Positions 55,906-64,000 of a DNA stretch of 64,000 nt are shown here, piece by piece. How positions within the stretch are numbered: the first letter of the stretch is position 1; every line of letters starts with the position of its first letter. This DNA is from an uncultured Bacteroidales bacterium (GTDB taxonomy: Bacteria > Bacteroidota > Bacteroidia > Bacteroidales > UBA932), in assembly GCA_949296645.1 (NCBI GenBank), contig CASFPH010000001.1, positions 10,299 through 74,298 on the forward strand, given 5' to 3'. The notes below the pieces were generated by a model that saw only the letters and a program-made list of their open reading frames with translations, had not been told where the DNA came from and did not search any database. Made by a program: the position numbers and the translations under genes.

Positions 55906-56487
55906 ATGGAACACAAATTACCAGAACTGGATTATGCCCACGAGGCTCTTGAACCTGCCATAAGCAGAAATACCATCGCATACCACTACGGCAAACATCA
56001 TCAGACCTATGCAACCAACCTTAACAGGCTGATACAGAGCACAGAATTCGAAAACGCGGACCTTGAAACCATCGTCATGAAGTCTTCAGGCGGGATCTTC
56101 AACAACGCCGCACAGGTATGGAACCACTCATTCTATTTCACCTCATTTTCTCCGGAAGGAAAACATGCGCCGGAAGGAGCATTGGCAGAAGCGATAAACT
56201 CGGAATGGGGATCATTTGAAAAATTCAAGGAAGAATTCGAAAAGGCAGCCGTTACCCTGTTCGGTTCCGGATGGGCATGGCTCGTTGCGGACAAGGACGG
56301 CAAACTGAAAATAATGCAGACACAGAACGCAGGTTGTCCGCTGACGGAAGGCATGAAACCGCTCATGACGATGGATGTATGGGAACACGCATACTATCTC
56401 GACTATCAGAACAGACGCGCCGACTATATCAAAAATCTTTGGAACATACTTGACTGGGGAGTCATAGAATCAAGATATCAGCTCTGA
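55906..56487 (+). CDS. Fe/Mn-family superoxide dismutase
   Basis: 193 aa with LPELDYAHEALEP, HHQTY and DVWEHAYYLDYQNRR. Confidence 0.95.
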   Translation: MEHKLPELDYAHEALEPAISRNTIAYHYGKHHQTYATNLNRLIQSTEFENADLETIVMKSSGGIFNNAAQVWNHSFYFTSFSPEGKHAPEGALAEAINSEWGSFEKFKEEFEKAAVTLFGSGWAWLVADKDGKLKIMQTQNAGCPLTEGMKPLMTMDVWEHAYYLDYQNRRADYIKNLWNILDWGVIESRYQL

Positions 56488-57800
56488 ATCCTCGAATAAA
56501 TATACTTGCCTGCAAAAATGGACATATAGACGGTCCTTACGACAAGATGCATCGCGAATCCGAGCCATAAGGCCTGTACTCCGTAAATAAAATGCCTTGA
56601 AATGAAATACGCTGCAAAGAAGCCGGCGACGGACCACAGCATGCAGTTCCTTATGGCCCCGGATGCGGATGCGCCTATGTATATGCCGTCCCATGTGAAT
56701 GCAGCACAACTCATTACAGGCATTACAAGAAGCCAGAAAAGATAATCACCGGAAGCCGATATCACTACCTCGTCATCGGTCATTATACTGAAGAGAGGCT
56801 CGCCTGCAACAGCGTACATAAAGGTTGAAACCACACCTATCGCCAGACACCATACGAAAATCACCTTTGAAGAACTTATGAGAGACTTTCTGTCCCCGGC
56901 ACCTATATAACGGCCAGTAAGAGCTTCACCTGCATATGCGAAGCCATCCACAAAGTACGAATACAGCAGCATCAGCTTCATCATTATCGTACTCACGGCC
57001 AGTTGTACATCCCCGTAATCTGCAGCCAGGGTAGTAAAGCCGGAATATACCGCCAGAAGGGACAGCGAGCGTACGAAGAGATCTCCGTTCACGGCAAAGA
57101 ATCTCTTCATGTACCTAAGCCTTACGGCTGACATTATTTTTATATAGCGGAAAAGACGCCCATAATATCTTATCATTATGAACGATGCCAGGAAAAGTCC
57201 GACATACTGTGCGAGAAGGGTACCTGCTGCGATTCCTGCGAACCCAAGTGGCGTATATACGGTGAACAGAATACTGGAAATTATATTTACCAGATTTACA
57301 GTCACATCCACGACCATAGGAGAAACAGTGTTCTGCATGCCAATGAACCAGCCCTTGAATGCCATGATTGAAAGAGTTGCCGGAGCAGCCCATATCCTGA
57401 CATTGAAATAGATCCGGGCCAGATGCTCCGCTTCCGGAGAACATTCTATGAAACTGAAAGCCGCCCATAGATAAAGTCTCTGGAATACAAGAATAAGCAG
57501 AGCTATCGAAAGGGCGGTTGAAACAGCCTGCACAAAAACACGGACAGCTGAGGCAAAATCGCGTCTACCGTACGCCTGGGCAGTAAAACCTCCAGTGCCT
57601 ACTCTCAAAAAACCCATATTCCAGTACAGAAGATCAAAAAGCATGGTCGCAATCGCCACTGCCCCTATCGCCGAAGCGTCTCCCGTATGACCGGCAATGG
57701 CCAGATCCGCCATTCCTACAAGAGGGACTGTCACATTTGCCAGGATACTCGGCAATGCCAGCCTGAGCACACGTCTATTCATGCTTCTGTCCAGTTTCAT
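56478..57800 (-). CDS. MATE-family efflux transporter (DinF-like)
   Basis: 440 aa with 12 predicted TM. The N-terminus RVLRLALPSILANVTVPLVGMADLAIAGH is typical of MATE. The 3' end overlaps SOD by 10 nt. Confidence 0.88.
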   Translation of the reverse strand: MKLDRSMNRRVLRLALPSILANVTVPLVGMADLAIAGHTGDASAIGAVAIATMLFDLLYWNMGFLRVGTGGFTAQAYGRRDFASAVRVFVQAVSTALSIALLILVFQRLYLWAAFSFIECSPEAEHLARIYFNVRIWAAPATLSIMAFKGWFIGMQNTVSPMVVDVTVNLVNIISSILFTVYTPLGFAGIAAGTLLAQYVGLFLASFIMIRYYGRLFRYIKIMSAVRLRYMKRFFAVNGDLFVRSLSLLAVYSGFTTLAADYGDVQLAVSTIMMKLMLLYSYFVDGFAYAGEALTGRYIGAGDRKSLISSSKVIFVWCLAIGVVSTFMYAVAGEPLFSIMTDDEVVISASGDYLFWLLVMPVMSCAAFTWDGIYIGASASGAIRNCMLWSVAGFFAAYFISRHFIYGVQALWLGFAMHLVVRTVYMSIFAGKYIYSRIQS

Positions 57801-58726
57801 CTGTACTTGCCCCCCTCTTCAAGCATTCCCAGATAAGACATATAGCGTTCTTCCGTAATTACCCCGTCCTCCACAGCCTTTTTTACGGCACAACCCGGTT
57901 CATGTGTATGTGTACACGGCAGGAACCTGCAATTGTCGGCTACCGCGAGCATTTCGGGAAAATAGAGATATATTTCTTCAGGTCTGAGATCCACGAGTCC
58001 GAACCCTCTTATTCCAGGAGTATCGATTATATAACCTCCGGAAGATACCCTGTGCATCTCATAAAAGGTAGTAGTATGCCTGCCCTGATTGTGATATTCG
58101 GAAATTTCCGCAGTTCTCAATGAAAGCCCAGGATCTACGGCTTCTATAAGGGATGACTTGCCTACTCCGGAAGTTCCGGAAAAAAGCACTACCTTGCCTT
58201 CTATATCTTTTTTGAGCCATTCTATTCCATCACCCCTTACGGCTGAAACGTCTACTACATCATAACCGGCTGAAGAATATATCCTTTTGAACGAGTCGAC
58301 CGCCTCCTTGCGGGTGTCGCCGTAAAGGTCTATTTTATTCAACAGGATCCTCACCGGTATCCTGTAAGCCTCGCATGTAACCAGGAAACGATCCACGAAA
58401 GCCGTTTTCACTTCAGGATAGTCTATTGTAGTGACAAGATAGACGGAATCGAGATTGGCTGCTATAACATGAGCCTGCCGCGAAAGATTCGTCGACTTCC
58501 TGATCACATAGTTCCTGCGCGGCTCGACGTCAGAAATAACTGCAGTCCCGTCAGGCTCCATATTATAATGCACCACATCTCCGACTGCAATCGGATTTGT
58601 CGAATCGGATCCCTTGAGCCTCAATTTGCCACGCACCACAGCCTGAAAAGGATTCCATTCCGGTAATTCCGTAAGAAGATAATGGCTGCCGGTATGCTTG
58701 ATCACTACGGCTTTCTTGTCTGTCAT
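57797..58726 (-). CDS. rsgA: ribosome small-subunit-dependent GTPase A
   Basis: 309 aa. OB fold, a circularly permuted GTPase (LLNKIDL .. GTSGVGKSSL) and a zinc knuckle CRFLPCTHTHEPGCAV. ATGA overlap with the MATE gene. Confidence 0.92.
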   Translation of the reverse strand: MTDKKAVVIKHTGSHYLLTELPEWNPFQAVVRGKLRLKGSDSTNPIAVGDVVHYNMEPDGTAVISDVEPRRNYVIRKSTNLSRQAHVIAANLDSVYLVTTIDYPEVKTAFVDRFLVTCEAYRIPVRILLNKIDLYGDTRKEAVDSFKRIYSSAGYDVVDVSAVRGDGIEWLKKDIEGKVVLFSGTSGVGKSSLIEAVDPGLSLRTAEISEYHNQGRHTTTFYEMHRVSSGGYIIDTPGIRGFGLVDLRPEEIYLYFPEMLAVADNCRFLPCTHTHEPGCAVKKAVEDGVITEERYMSYLGMLEEGGKYR

Positions 58727-58779
58727 CTGAAATATTTTAAATAATGCCGCGAAGTTAAGAAATTGTCACCAAAAGAATA

Positions 58780-60363
58780 TCAAAAATAAAACCCGGCTGC
58801 TATCGAGAAAATCCGTCTGCTCATGTGCAGGGACTGGGAAAATACGGCCCCGGCTTCAAGCGTACCGTATAAGGAAAGTTTACCGTGAGGTTTTAGGTCA
58901 TGCATATGGGAAATCCGCACCAGTACGGAAATGTTTTCCGAATCATTATACATATGCTCACTCTCAAGAAGTCCGGTATTCTGTCTGAAAGATCCTGAAC
59001 TCAGAAATCCGTCCGATGAACTGAAAGAGCCGTAACCGCACCTGTATACGGCACCCGCCCCGATATCGCTCACTCCACCTTTATAAGGATAAAAGGTTCT
59101 GTCCGCCCTGAATGCAAACCTGTGGAAAAAATATTTTCTGTAAGACGAAACAGGATAAAACATGAATTCTTCATCGGAAAGAGCGAAAGAATATCCGGTT
59201 ACGGTTCTCCATTTTCCATGGCCGGACAAATCTGCATCAGCATAAAAGACATATGACATGCCGGCTGTCAGGAAGCGGGAGGCGTAACGCAGGGTTCTCC
59301 CGTATTCCCTGTAACGGTACTGGTTGTTTTCTCCGGGAACCGGCTCATAAACATTAAGGACATTGTAACTCATCCGTTCCAAATTTTCGAAATCCATTTT
59401 CAGTACATGACGGAATCTGTCTCTCCTGAACAGCACATTTCCCGTATATGACCAGTCCAGGCCAAGGACTTCATTGTAGTGCCATGACTTCAGATTATCC
59501 TGATAATCATTCTCCATCCTGTATTTCAACGAAATTTCTCCATAAAGATCCACATCGCCCGATGATGCGGAACATTGCAGGGAACCTCCGAAGGCTTCAT
59601 TATAATACCATCTTTCAGACAAAAACGACGATGATGCTGGAGAAAAAGTATAATAGAACAATCCCTCGAAATAATACAGACCTTTCCCCGCAGGATCACC
59701 TATATACTTGTAGGAAACCTTTTCAGATACCCTCTCATAAGTCAGGGCCCCTCCAAAAACGAATTTTCCGTACCTGAACGCCAGCGACGGGCTCACTCCG
59801 AGAGCGGATCTCGTATTTGAATTTCTGCCGTCGTTAAATTTTGACAAAGTACCGACATCATAATCGAAAGACACTCCGGCGGCCATCACGTCCGAGAGGG
59901 CCAAAGACAGACCGACACTGGTATTGTACGATTCACCCGCTGTTTTCCCCGGAACTGAATCTGCCATGAAACAGATTATCTCTTCGGGTACTACGGTCCC
60001 GCACCATGCATGTCCCTTCGCTCCGGTATATCCATAGTCGAACCTTCCCCTCACAAAAAGATTGCCGATGGTCTTAGCGGAAGCTGTCCTGAATCCGGAA
60101 GTACCGTATCTTTCAGGTTCGTAATACCTTTTAAACCCGCCTGAAACATCCTTCCTGAAAATCTCGGCAAACGACATGTTTAGGCTGTCCGCAAACGTGA
60201 AGACATTGCCTGAAACATTGCCTGAAAGAAGCCAAGGACAAAAATCAGCCGTTCTCTCAACAAAAAACGGATAACCGTCCCCGTACGTACCGTCTGCAGA
60301 CAACCGTACAGAAGAAAATACGGCAAAAGCCAGAAGCACAATAGATATATGCCCGGTTTTCAT
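58780..60363 (-). CDS. outer-membrane beta-barrel protein (DUF6850-like)
   Basis: 527 aa with a signal peptide, alternating beta-strand pattern rich in Y/G/S, and a C-terminal aromatic AAGFYF. The family name is from my memory of the TBDR-DUF4876-DUF6850 neighbourhood. Confidence 0.6.
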   Translation of the reverse strand: MKTGHISIVLLAFAVFSSVRLSADGTYGDGYPFFVERTADFCPWLLSGNVSGNVFTFADSLNMSFAEIFRKDVSGGFKRYYEPERYGTSGFRTASAKTIGNLFVRGRFDYGYTGAKGHAWCGTVVPEEIICFMADSVPGKTAGESYNTSVGLSLALSDVMAAGVSFDYDVGTLSKFNDGRNSNTRSALGVSPSLAFRYGKFVFGGALTYERVSEKVSYKYIGDPAGKGLYYFEGLFYYTFSPASSSFLSERWYYNEAFGGSLQCSASSGDVDLYGEISLKYRMENDYQDNLKSWHYNEVLGLDWSYTGNVLFRRDRFRHVLKMDFENLERMSYNVLNVYEPVPGENNQYRYREYGRTLRYASRFLTAGMSYVFYADADLSGHGKWRTVTGYSFALSDEEFMFYPVSSYRKYFFHRFAFRADRTFYPYKGGVSDIGAGAVYRCGYGSFSSSDGFLSSGSFRQNTGLLESEHMYNDSENISVLVRISHMHDLKPHGKLSLYGTLEAGAVFSQSLHMSRRIFSIAAGFYF

Positions 60364-61610
60364 AGATTTCTGTTTTTTATCTTTAATGAAGGTGAAGGCA
60401 GAATTTCGAAATCCGACGAAGAATTATTGGTATCCATGTAGACAACACGCCCCGCCGATTTCGAGGCTTCTTCATCTATCTTGCGGCAAATGCTCTGGCC
60501 AAGGCCTTCGGAGACCAGCACAAAGCCGTTGTCAACTTCCGGTCTCATTCTTTTGCCGTGAAGAGGATCCGACATGCACTCTACACCGTCCAGCACCCAT
60601 AGTTTATCAACCATGAGACAATCGAAAGCCCTGTTTTCGGGTTTCTTAGGATTCGGGGCAAGACACGAGGCAACGAACTCCCCGGTAGTCATACCTTCTA
60701 TTCTGTACAGAAAGAATGCCGGACTTGAAACCGAAACGATATAAATATCGGAAAGGCTTGCTTTCCAGAAAGCCTTCATAAGCCTTGTACCAGCCGACGG
60801 TTCGGACTGGTCCGGAGTATATATCCTGTCGTAGAGGGCCCAGTATCCTGGCACTGCAAGATTCACAGCCTCTGGAGAAATCTTTTCATGATTTATCGCA
60901 TTAAGACACAGCACAACTTCCTCTCCGGGAGAAAGAGGATAATCTGTTCCGCTTCCGGGAAACATCCAGCCTATCGAACTTACCGGAAGAGAATCCCTCA
61001 ATTCGGAAGTTCCGTTTTTCACCCATATTGATGCAGATGTATTGGTCGAATTATACGGATCGATTGTCGCAAAGCAAAGCCCGTCGAGAAAAACATCCGA
61101 ACCGGAATTGTTGTATAATATGAAATATGCGTCCTTTGTGTAGTTCCGGTTGTTGAGAGGATTGAGCATTCCTCCGAAATAGGCTTCCTTTATCACTATC
61201 GGAGAAGAATATGAAATATTCACCGGAAGGGAGGCACTGCATGTTCCGGACGCGCCCATGGAAACACCGGCAACCATAATTTCCTCCGAGACTCCGTTAA
61301 GTATCGCCTTTTTCCCGTCTTCTCCGTCTGTTCCGTTTACGGAAGCCGTATATATGCCGTAAGGGACCCTGAAAACAGCCGTACCATCATCATCCGACAT
61401 TTCCACAGTCTCGGTTCCGGTAAAACGGTTCCTCATTACGATATTGAATCCGTATTTGCTTCCGGTATAACTTTCCGGGAAATCCATTGTAACGCAAACT
61501 TCCGCACTGAGTGAATCATCCTTGAAATCAGACTTCCTGATATCACGAAGACATGACGACTCCAATACGATCACCAGCAGAAAAAACGCATATGAAAAAT
61601 ATTTATCCAT
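60360..61610 (-). CDS. surface lipoprotein (DUF4876-like): Ig-like domain plus lamin-tail-like domain
   Basis: 416 aa with the lipobox VLESSC. The N-terminal Ig/CarboxypepD_reg-like segment is GFNIVMRNRFTGTE..DDDGTAVFRVPYGIY. Next comes IVIKEAYFGG..KDAYFILYNNSGSDVFLDGLCFA, which resembles an LTD. ATGA overlap with the next gene. Confidence 0.6.
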   Translation of the reverse strand: MDKYFSYAFFLLVIVLESSCLRDIRKSDFKDDSLSAEVCVTMDFPESYTGSKYGFNIVMRNRFTGTETVEMSDDDGTAVFRVPYGIYTASVNGTDGEDGKKAILNGVSEEIMVAGVSMGASGTCSASLPVNISYSSPIVIKEAYFGGMLNPLNNRNYTKDAYFILYNNSGSDVFLDGLCFATIDPYNSTNTSASIWVKNGTSELRDSLPVSSIGWMFPGSGTDYPLSPGEEVVLCLNAINHEKISPEAVNLAVPGYWALYDRIYTPDQSEPSAGTRLMKAFWKASLSDIYIVSVSSPAFFLYRIEGMTTGEFVASCLAPNPKKPENRAFDCLMVDKLWVLDGVECMSDPLHGKRMRPEVDNGFVLVSEGLGQSICRKIDEEASKSAGRVVYMDTNNSSSDFEILPSPSLKIKNRNL

Positions 61611-61617
61611 ATATCCG

Positions 61618-64000
61618 TCAAAAAGAAAATTTCATTTCAGCTCCGAAAAATATTTCACTGTTCTTGATTTCCCCGCCGGCATTCGGACGCGCACTGCTTC
61701 GAATTACCGGCCTTGAATCGGTAAAATTATTCACATACATTGAAATGGCCACCATGTTTCCTATCTCTTTCGTAACCCTTGCATTTGCCATAAAATAAGG
61801 GGAATACCTGCGTTCAAGGAATTCATAATTCCGGTTCGACGAAACCCTGAGCGAAGCAAGACGCTTTTTCAAAAGCGGATCATCCGTAATATGATAGTCG
61901 ATGAAAGAATGTTTAATACCATCGGCATCAACATAGTATTCCGGATCCCTGTAAAGGGTAAGAGTACCGCTGTCCCTGTTGCCGAAATTTTCAAAAACGG
62001 CATTTCCGTTTTCATCCTCATAATAGACCATACCGTCCGGAAAAACATTTCTTATACTTTCATACCATACACACTGCAGCGTCATGGACACAACCATCCT
62101 CATTGACGGTATATTCGTGACTATTCCAATATTCGTATTGAAACGGCACCTGTCGGTTCCGCAACCTATCGAAGTACCGTTTCTGAAAAGCGCAACATAA
62201 GGAAACGGATTTCTGGAATCAGCGATATCGTTTCTGAGAGGATAATAGGCGCTAACCCCGCATGAAGACGAGACCTGTCTTATGTAGGCCCCGTTCATTG
62301 TAACCGACGTCCTTATCGGCTCTATTCTTCTGAAAGAGACACTGTATTCCACACCGCACTTGTGCATGACGGCAGTATTGGAAAACATGTCGTACAATGC
62401 GAATTCCCTGCGCGTACCATAAGGAGCAGGAGTACACACTCCATTGTCGCACAGATACAGGGTTCCACCGGAACATACAGGTACGGAGCCGTCTGCTATA
62501 TTGTCATACAGGCGGTACTCATATATATCATAATTTGCCAGAGACTCTATGCCGCCGGAAATTTTCTCCCTGAAAAAAGACACATAGCCGCTGTTTCCTT
62601 CCAGTTCGAAATCCAAACCGAACTCCATATTCATGCTTTCAGGAGGGCGAATGGAAGAATTCTTCCTGTCATTAATGAATGTCTGCACCAGAACAAGCGA
62701 TTCCGCCACGTCATTTCCGGAAAAGGAACAGCTTACAAAATCTGAATATGCAGGATAAGGATACAGATGGACAAGAGACAACGGACGCCTCATTATCCCC
62801 CATCCCGCCCTGAGTGCAACACTGCCCTCAAATGCGGAAGAGGAAGAGGACAGTTCCATTCTCATGTTCAATCTCGGATCCGCATACACTTTTCCACGGT
62901 AACCTTCAGCCAGATTTTCCGAAATCCTCACACCAGCATCAATTTCCATGGATGCCCCCTTCCAAAGGGAAAAGTCCGCCTTTTCCTCCAGAAAAACAGC
63001 TGCATCGCCTACAAAAGGCATTTTACTGAAGGACAAAGGTCTGAAAAACTGTGGTGCGGCACCTTCATAATATTCTCCGCTTCCGGCATTTCCCTTGAGT
63101 CTGTACTCGAAACCGGCGGAAGTTCTGAGCGAAATACCGTTTATCTTCCTGTCATTTGAGGCAGACAGAAGCATGTTGAAATAAACTGGTATATCCTCGG
63201 CCCTTCTGTCATAAGGGAGGGAAGATTCCGTAAAAAAACCCTCGTGCAGGCCCTCCTCATCAACTGAAACACTTGGCAGAGGAAGGATATTCTCGAAACG
63301 GTAATCCCTTGTCCTGCGGACATTGAAACTTCCCGAAACATTATATTCTACAGAAGTTATCCATTTCTTGCCTGGAGTCCATCTGCCATATGCAGACAAC
63401 GACATGCTGTTATCCCTCATCCTGTAAAAATCCCTGCTCGACACATCAGGATCAGAGGTTTCGGAATTCGCACTGACATATCCGCCAAGCCTGACATTGA
63501 AACTCAACGGGGAACTGTTTTTCAAGAATACATTGGAATATGCAATTCCCAACGTTGCCCTGTCATATGTCTCAACCGGAGAAACACGGTCGCTGAATGC
63601 GCGTGCATAATCCATATCTATATTTACATGACCAGCATCGCTGCCTACGGCAAACCCCTTTCCCAGTGAAACGGACTTTCCGTTAGGATCCGTCTTCAGC
63701 CTCAGCTCAAAAGGTGTGCTTCCGGCCTTGGTTGTAACCATCATCTGCCCGGAAAGGGCATTTCCGTACCTTGCAGGAAGAACGCCTTTCAACAGTTTTA
63801 CGGATTCTATATTGTCCGTGGAAATAGGCCTGAAATCGAATACTGGAATCGAAAGATACGACGAACGCATCTTCCCGAAACTGAGCCCGGCATCTTCGGA
63901 AACAGGACATCCGTTTATGGAAACGCCTACCGAATACCTGTCCATCAGTCCGTCCGCAAGACTCCTCACTGTAATGGAATTGTCCGAATACAGATTGGGA
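61618..64000 (-). CDS. TonB-dependent receptor, 5' end cut by the window edge
   Basis: The reading frame stays open from 63969 to the window end (..PNLYSDNSITVRSLADG). Plug-end motif VKLLKGVLPARYGNALSGQMMVTTK, a long barrel and a C-terminal FGAEMKFSF. The stop is 7 nt from the next gene's start. Confidence 0.85.
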   Translation of the reverse strand, partial: PNLYSDNSITVRSLADGLMDRYSVGVSINGCPVSEDAGLSFGKMRSSYLSIPVFDFRPISTDNIESVKLLKGVLPARYGNALSGQMMVTTKAGSTPFELRLKTDPNGKSVSLGKGFAVGSDAGHVNIDMDYARAFSDRVSPVETYDRATLGIAYSNVFLKNSSPLSFNVRLGGYVSANSETSDPDVSSRDFYRMRDNSMSLSAYGRWTPGKKWITSVEYNVSGSFNVRRTRDYRFENILPLPSVSVDEEGLHEGFFTESSLPYDRRAEDIPVYFNMLLSASNDRKINGISLRTSAGFEYRLKGNAGSGEYYEGAAPQFFRPLSFSKMPFVGDAAVFLEEKADFSLWKGASMEIDAGVRISENLAEGYRGKVYADPRLNMRMELSSSSSAFEGSVALRAGWGIMRRPLSLVHLYPYPAYSDFVSCSFSGNDVAESLVLVQTFINDRKNSSIRPPESMNMEFGLDFELEGNSGYVSFFREKISGGIESLANYDIYEYRLYDNIADGSVPVCSGGTLYLCDNGVCTPAPYGTRREFALYDMFSNTAVMHKCGVEYSVSFRRIEPIRTSVTMNGAYIRQVSSSCGVSAYYPLRNDIADSRNPFPYVALFRNGTSIGCGTDRCRFNTNIGIVTNIPSMRMVVSMTLQCVWYESIRNVFPDGMVYYEDENGNAVFENFGNRDSGTLTLYRDPEYYVDADGIKHSFIDYHITDDPLLKKRLASLRVSSNRNYEFLERRYSPYFMANARVTKEIGNMVAISMYVNNFTDSRPVIRSSARPNAGGEIKNSEIFFGAEMKFSF

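Noticed and set aside
1-64000. CRISPR arrays, IS elements, prophage genes, toxin-antitoxin pairs and known defence-system genes.
   Set aside because: I found no repeat-spacer periodicity, terminal inverted repeats, or characteristic proteins (Cas, integrase, transposase, nuclease-ATPase defence pairs) in any of the translated ORFs.

Overview
This is a chromosomal, non-mobile stretch from what looks like a Bacteroidota (Bacteroidales-type) genome. Supporting that: recurrent TAnnTTTG -7 promoter boxes, no Shine-Dalgarno-type leaders, many Bacteroidota-only DUF families, and CarboxypepD_reg-type TonB-dependent receptors. I support about 55 CDS, 5 tRNAs (Gly-TCC, Leu-TAA, Gly-CCC, Gly-GCC, CAT), about 20 motif-level promoter boxes and about 12 hairpin terminators. 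I found no integrase, transposase, CRISPR array, rRNA or recognisable defence gene. Gene content, left to right: rplP; an envelope block (DUF4294, lpxH, uppP, DUF3098, ftsX); a glycogen-synthase-like half enzyme with DUF4270; fabF-acpP; purN; an exported nitroreductase; a tRNA-flanked LytTR two-component plus MacAB-TolC efflux module; a yraN-manC-arginine-deiminase-like-pheS string; an Oar-like TonB receptor; metK with a long leader; comF-cdaA-mutS2; a C69 dipeptidase; a 7-gene CNNM/TolC/HlyD/ABC/ABC-2 operon; an ECF sigma/anti-sigma/DUF2807 module; rpsL-rpsG-fusA-rpsJ; a yfcC/phosphoesterase/rocD/ctlX-like arginine-ornithine block; a YidE-type transporter; class 3 FBPase; SOD; a MATE pump; rsgA; and an outer-membrane triad (TonB receptor, DUF4876-like lipoprotein, DUF6850-like barrel) that runs off the right edge. 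The observations most worth a second look are: (1) that uncharacterised outer-membrane triad; (2) the ribosomal str/S10 gene string broken at two points, with rplP orphaned behind its own promoter; (3) the roughly 165 nt structured metK leader; (4) the ECF-sigma/beta-helix module. All family names come from reading the translations and from memory of the families. No database search was run.
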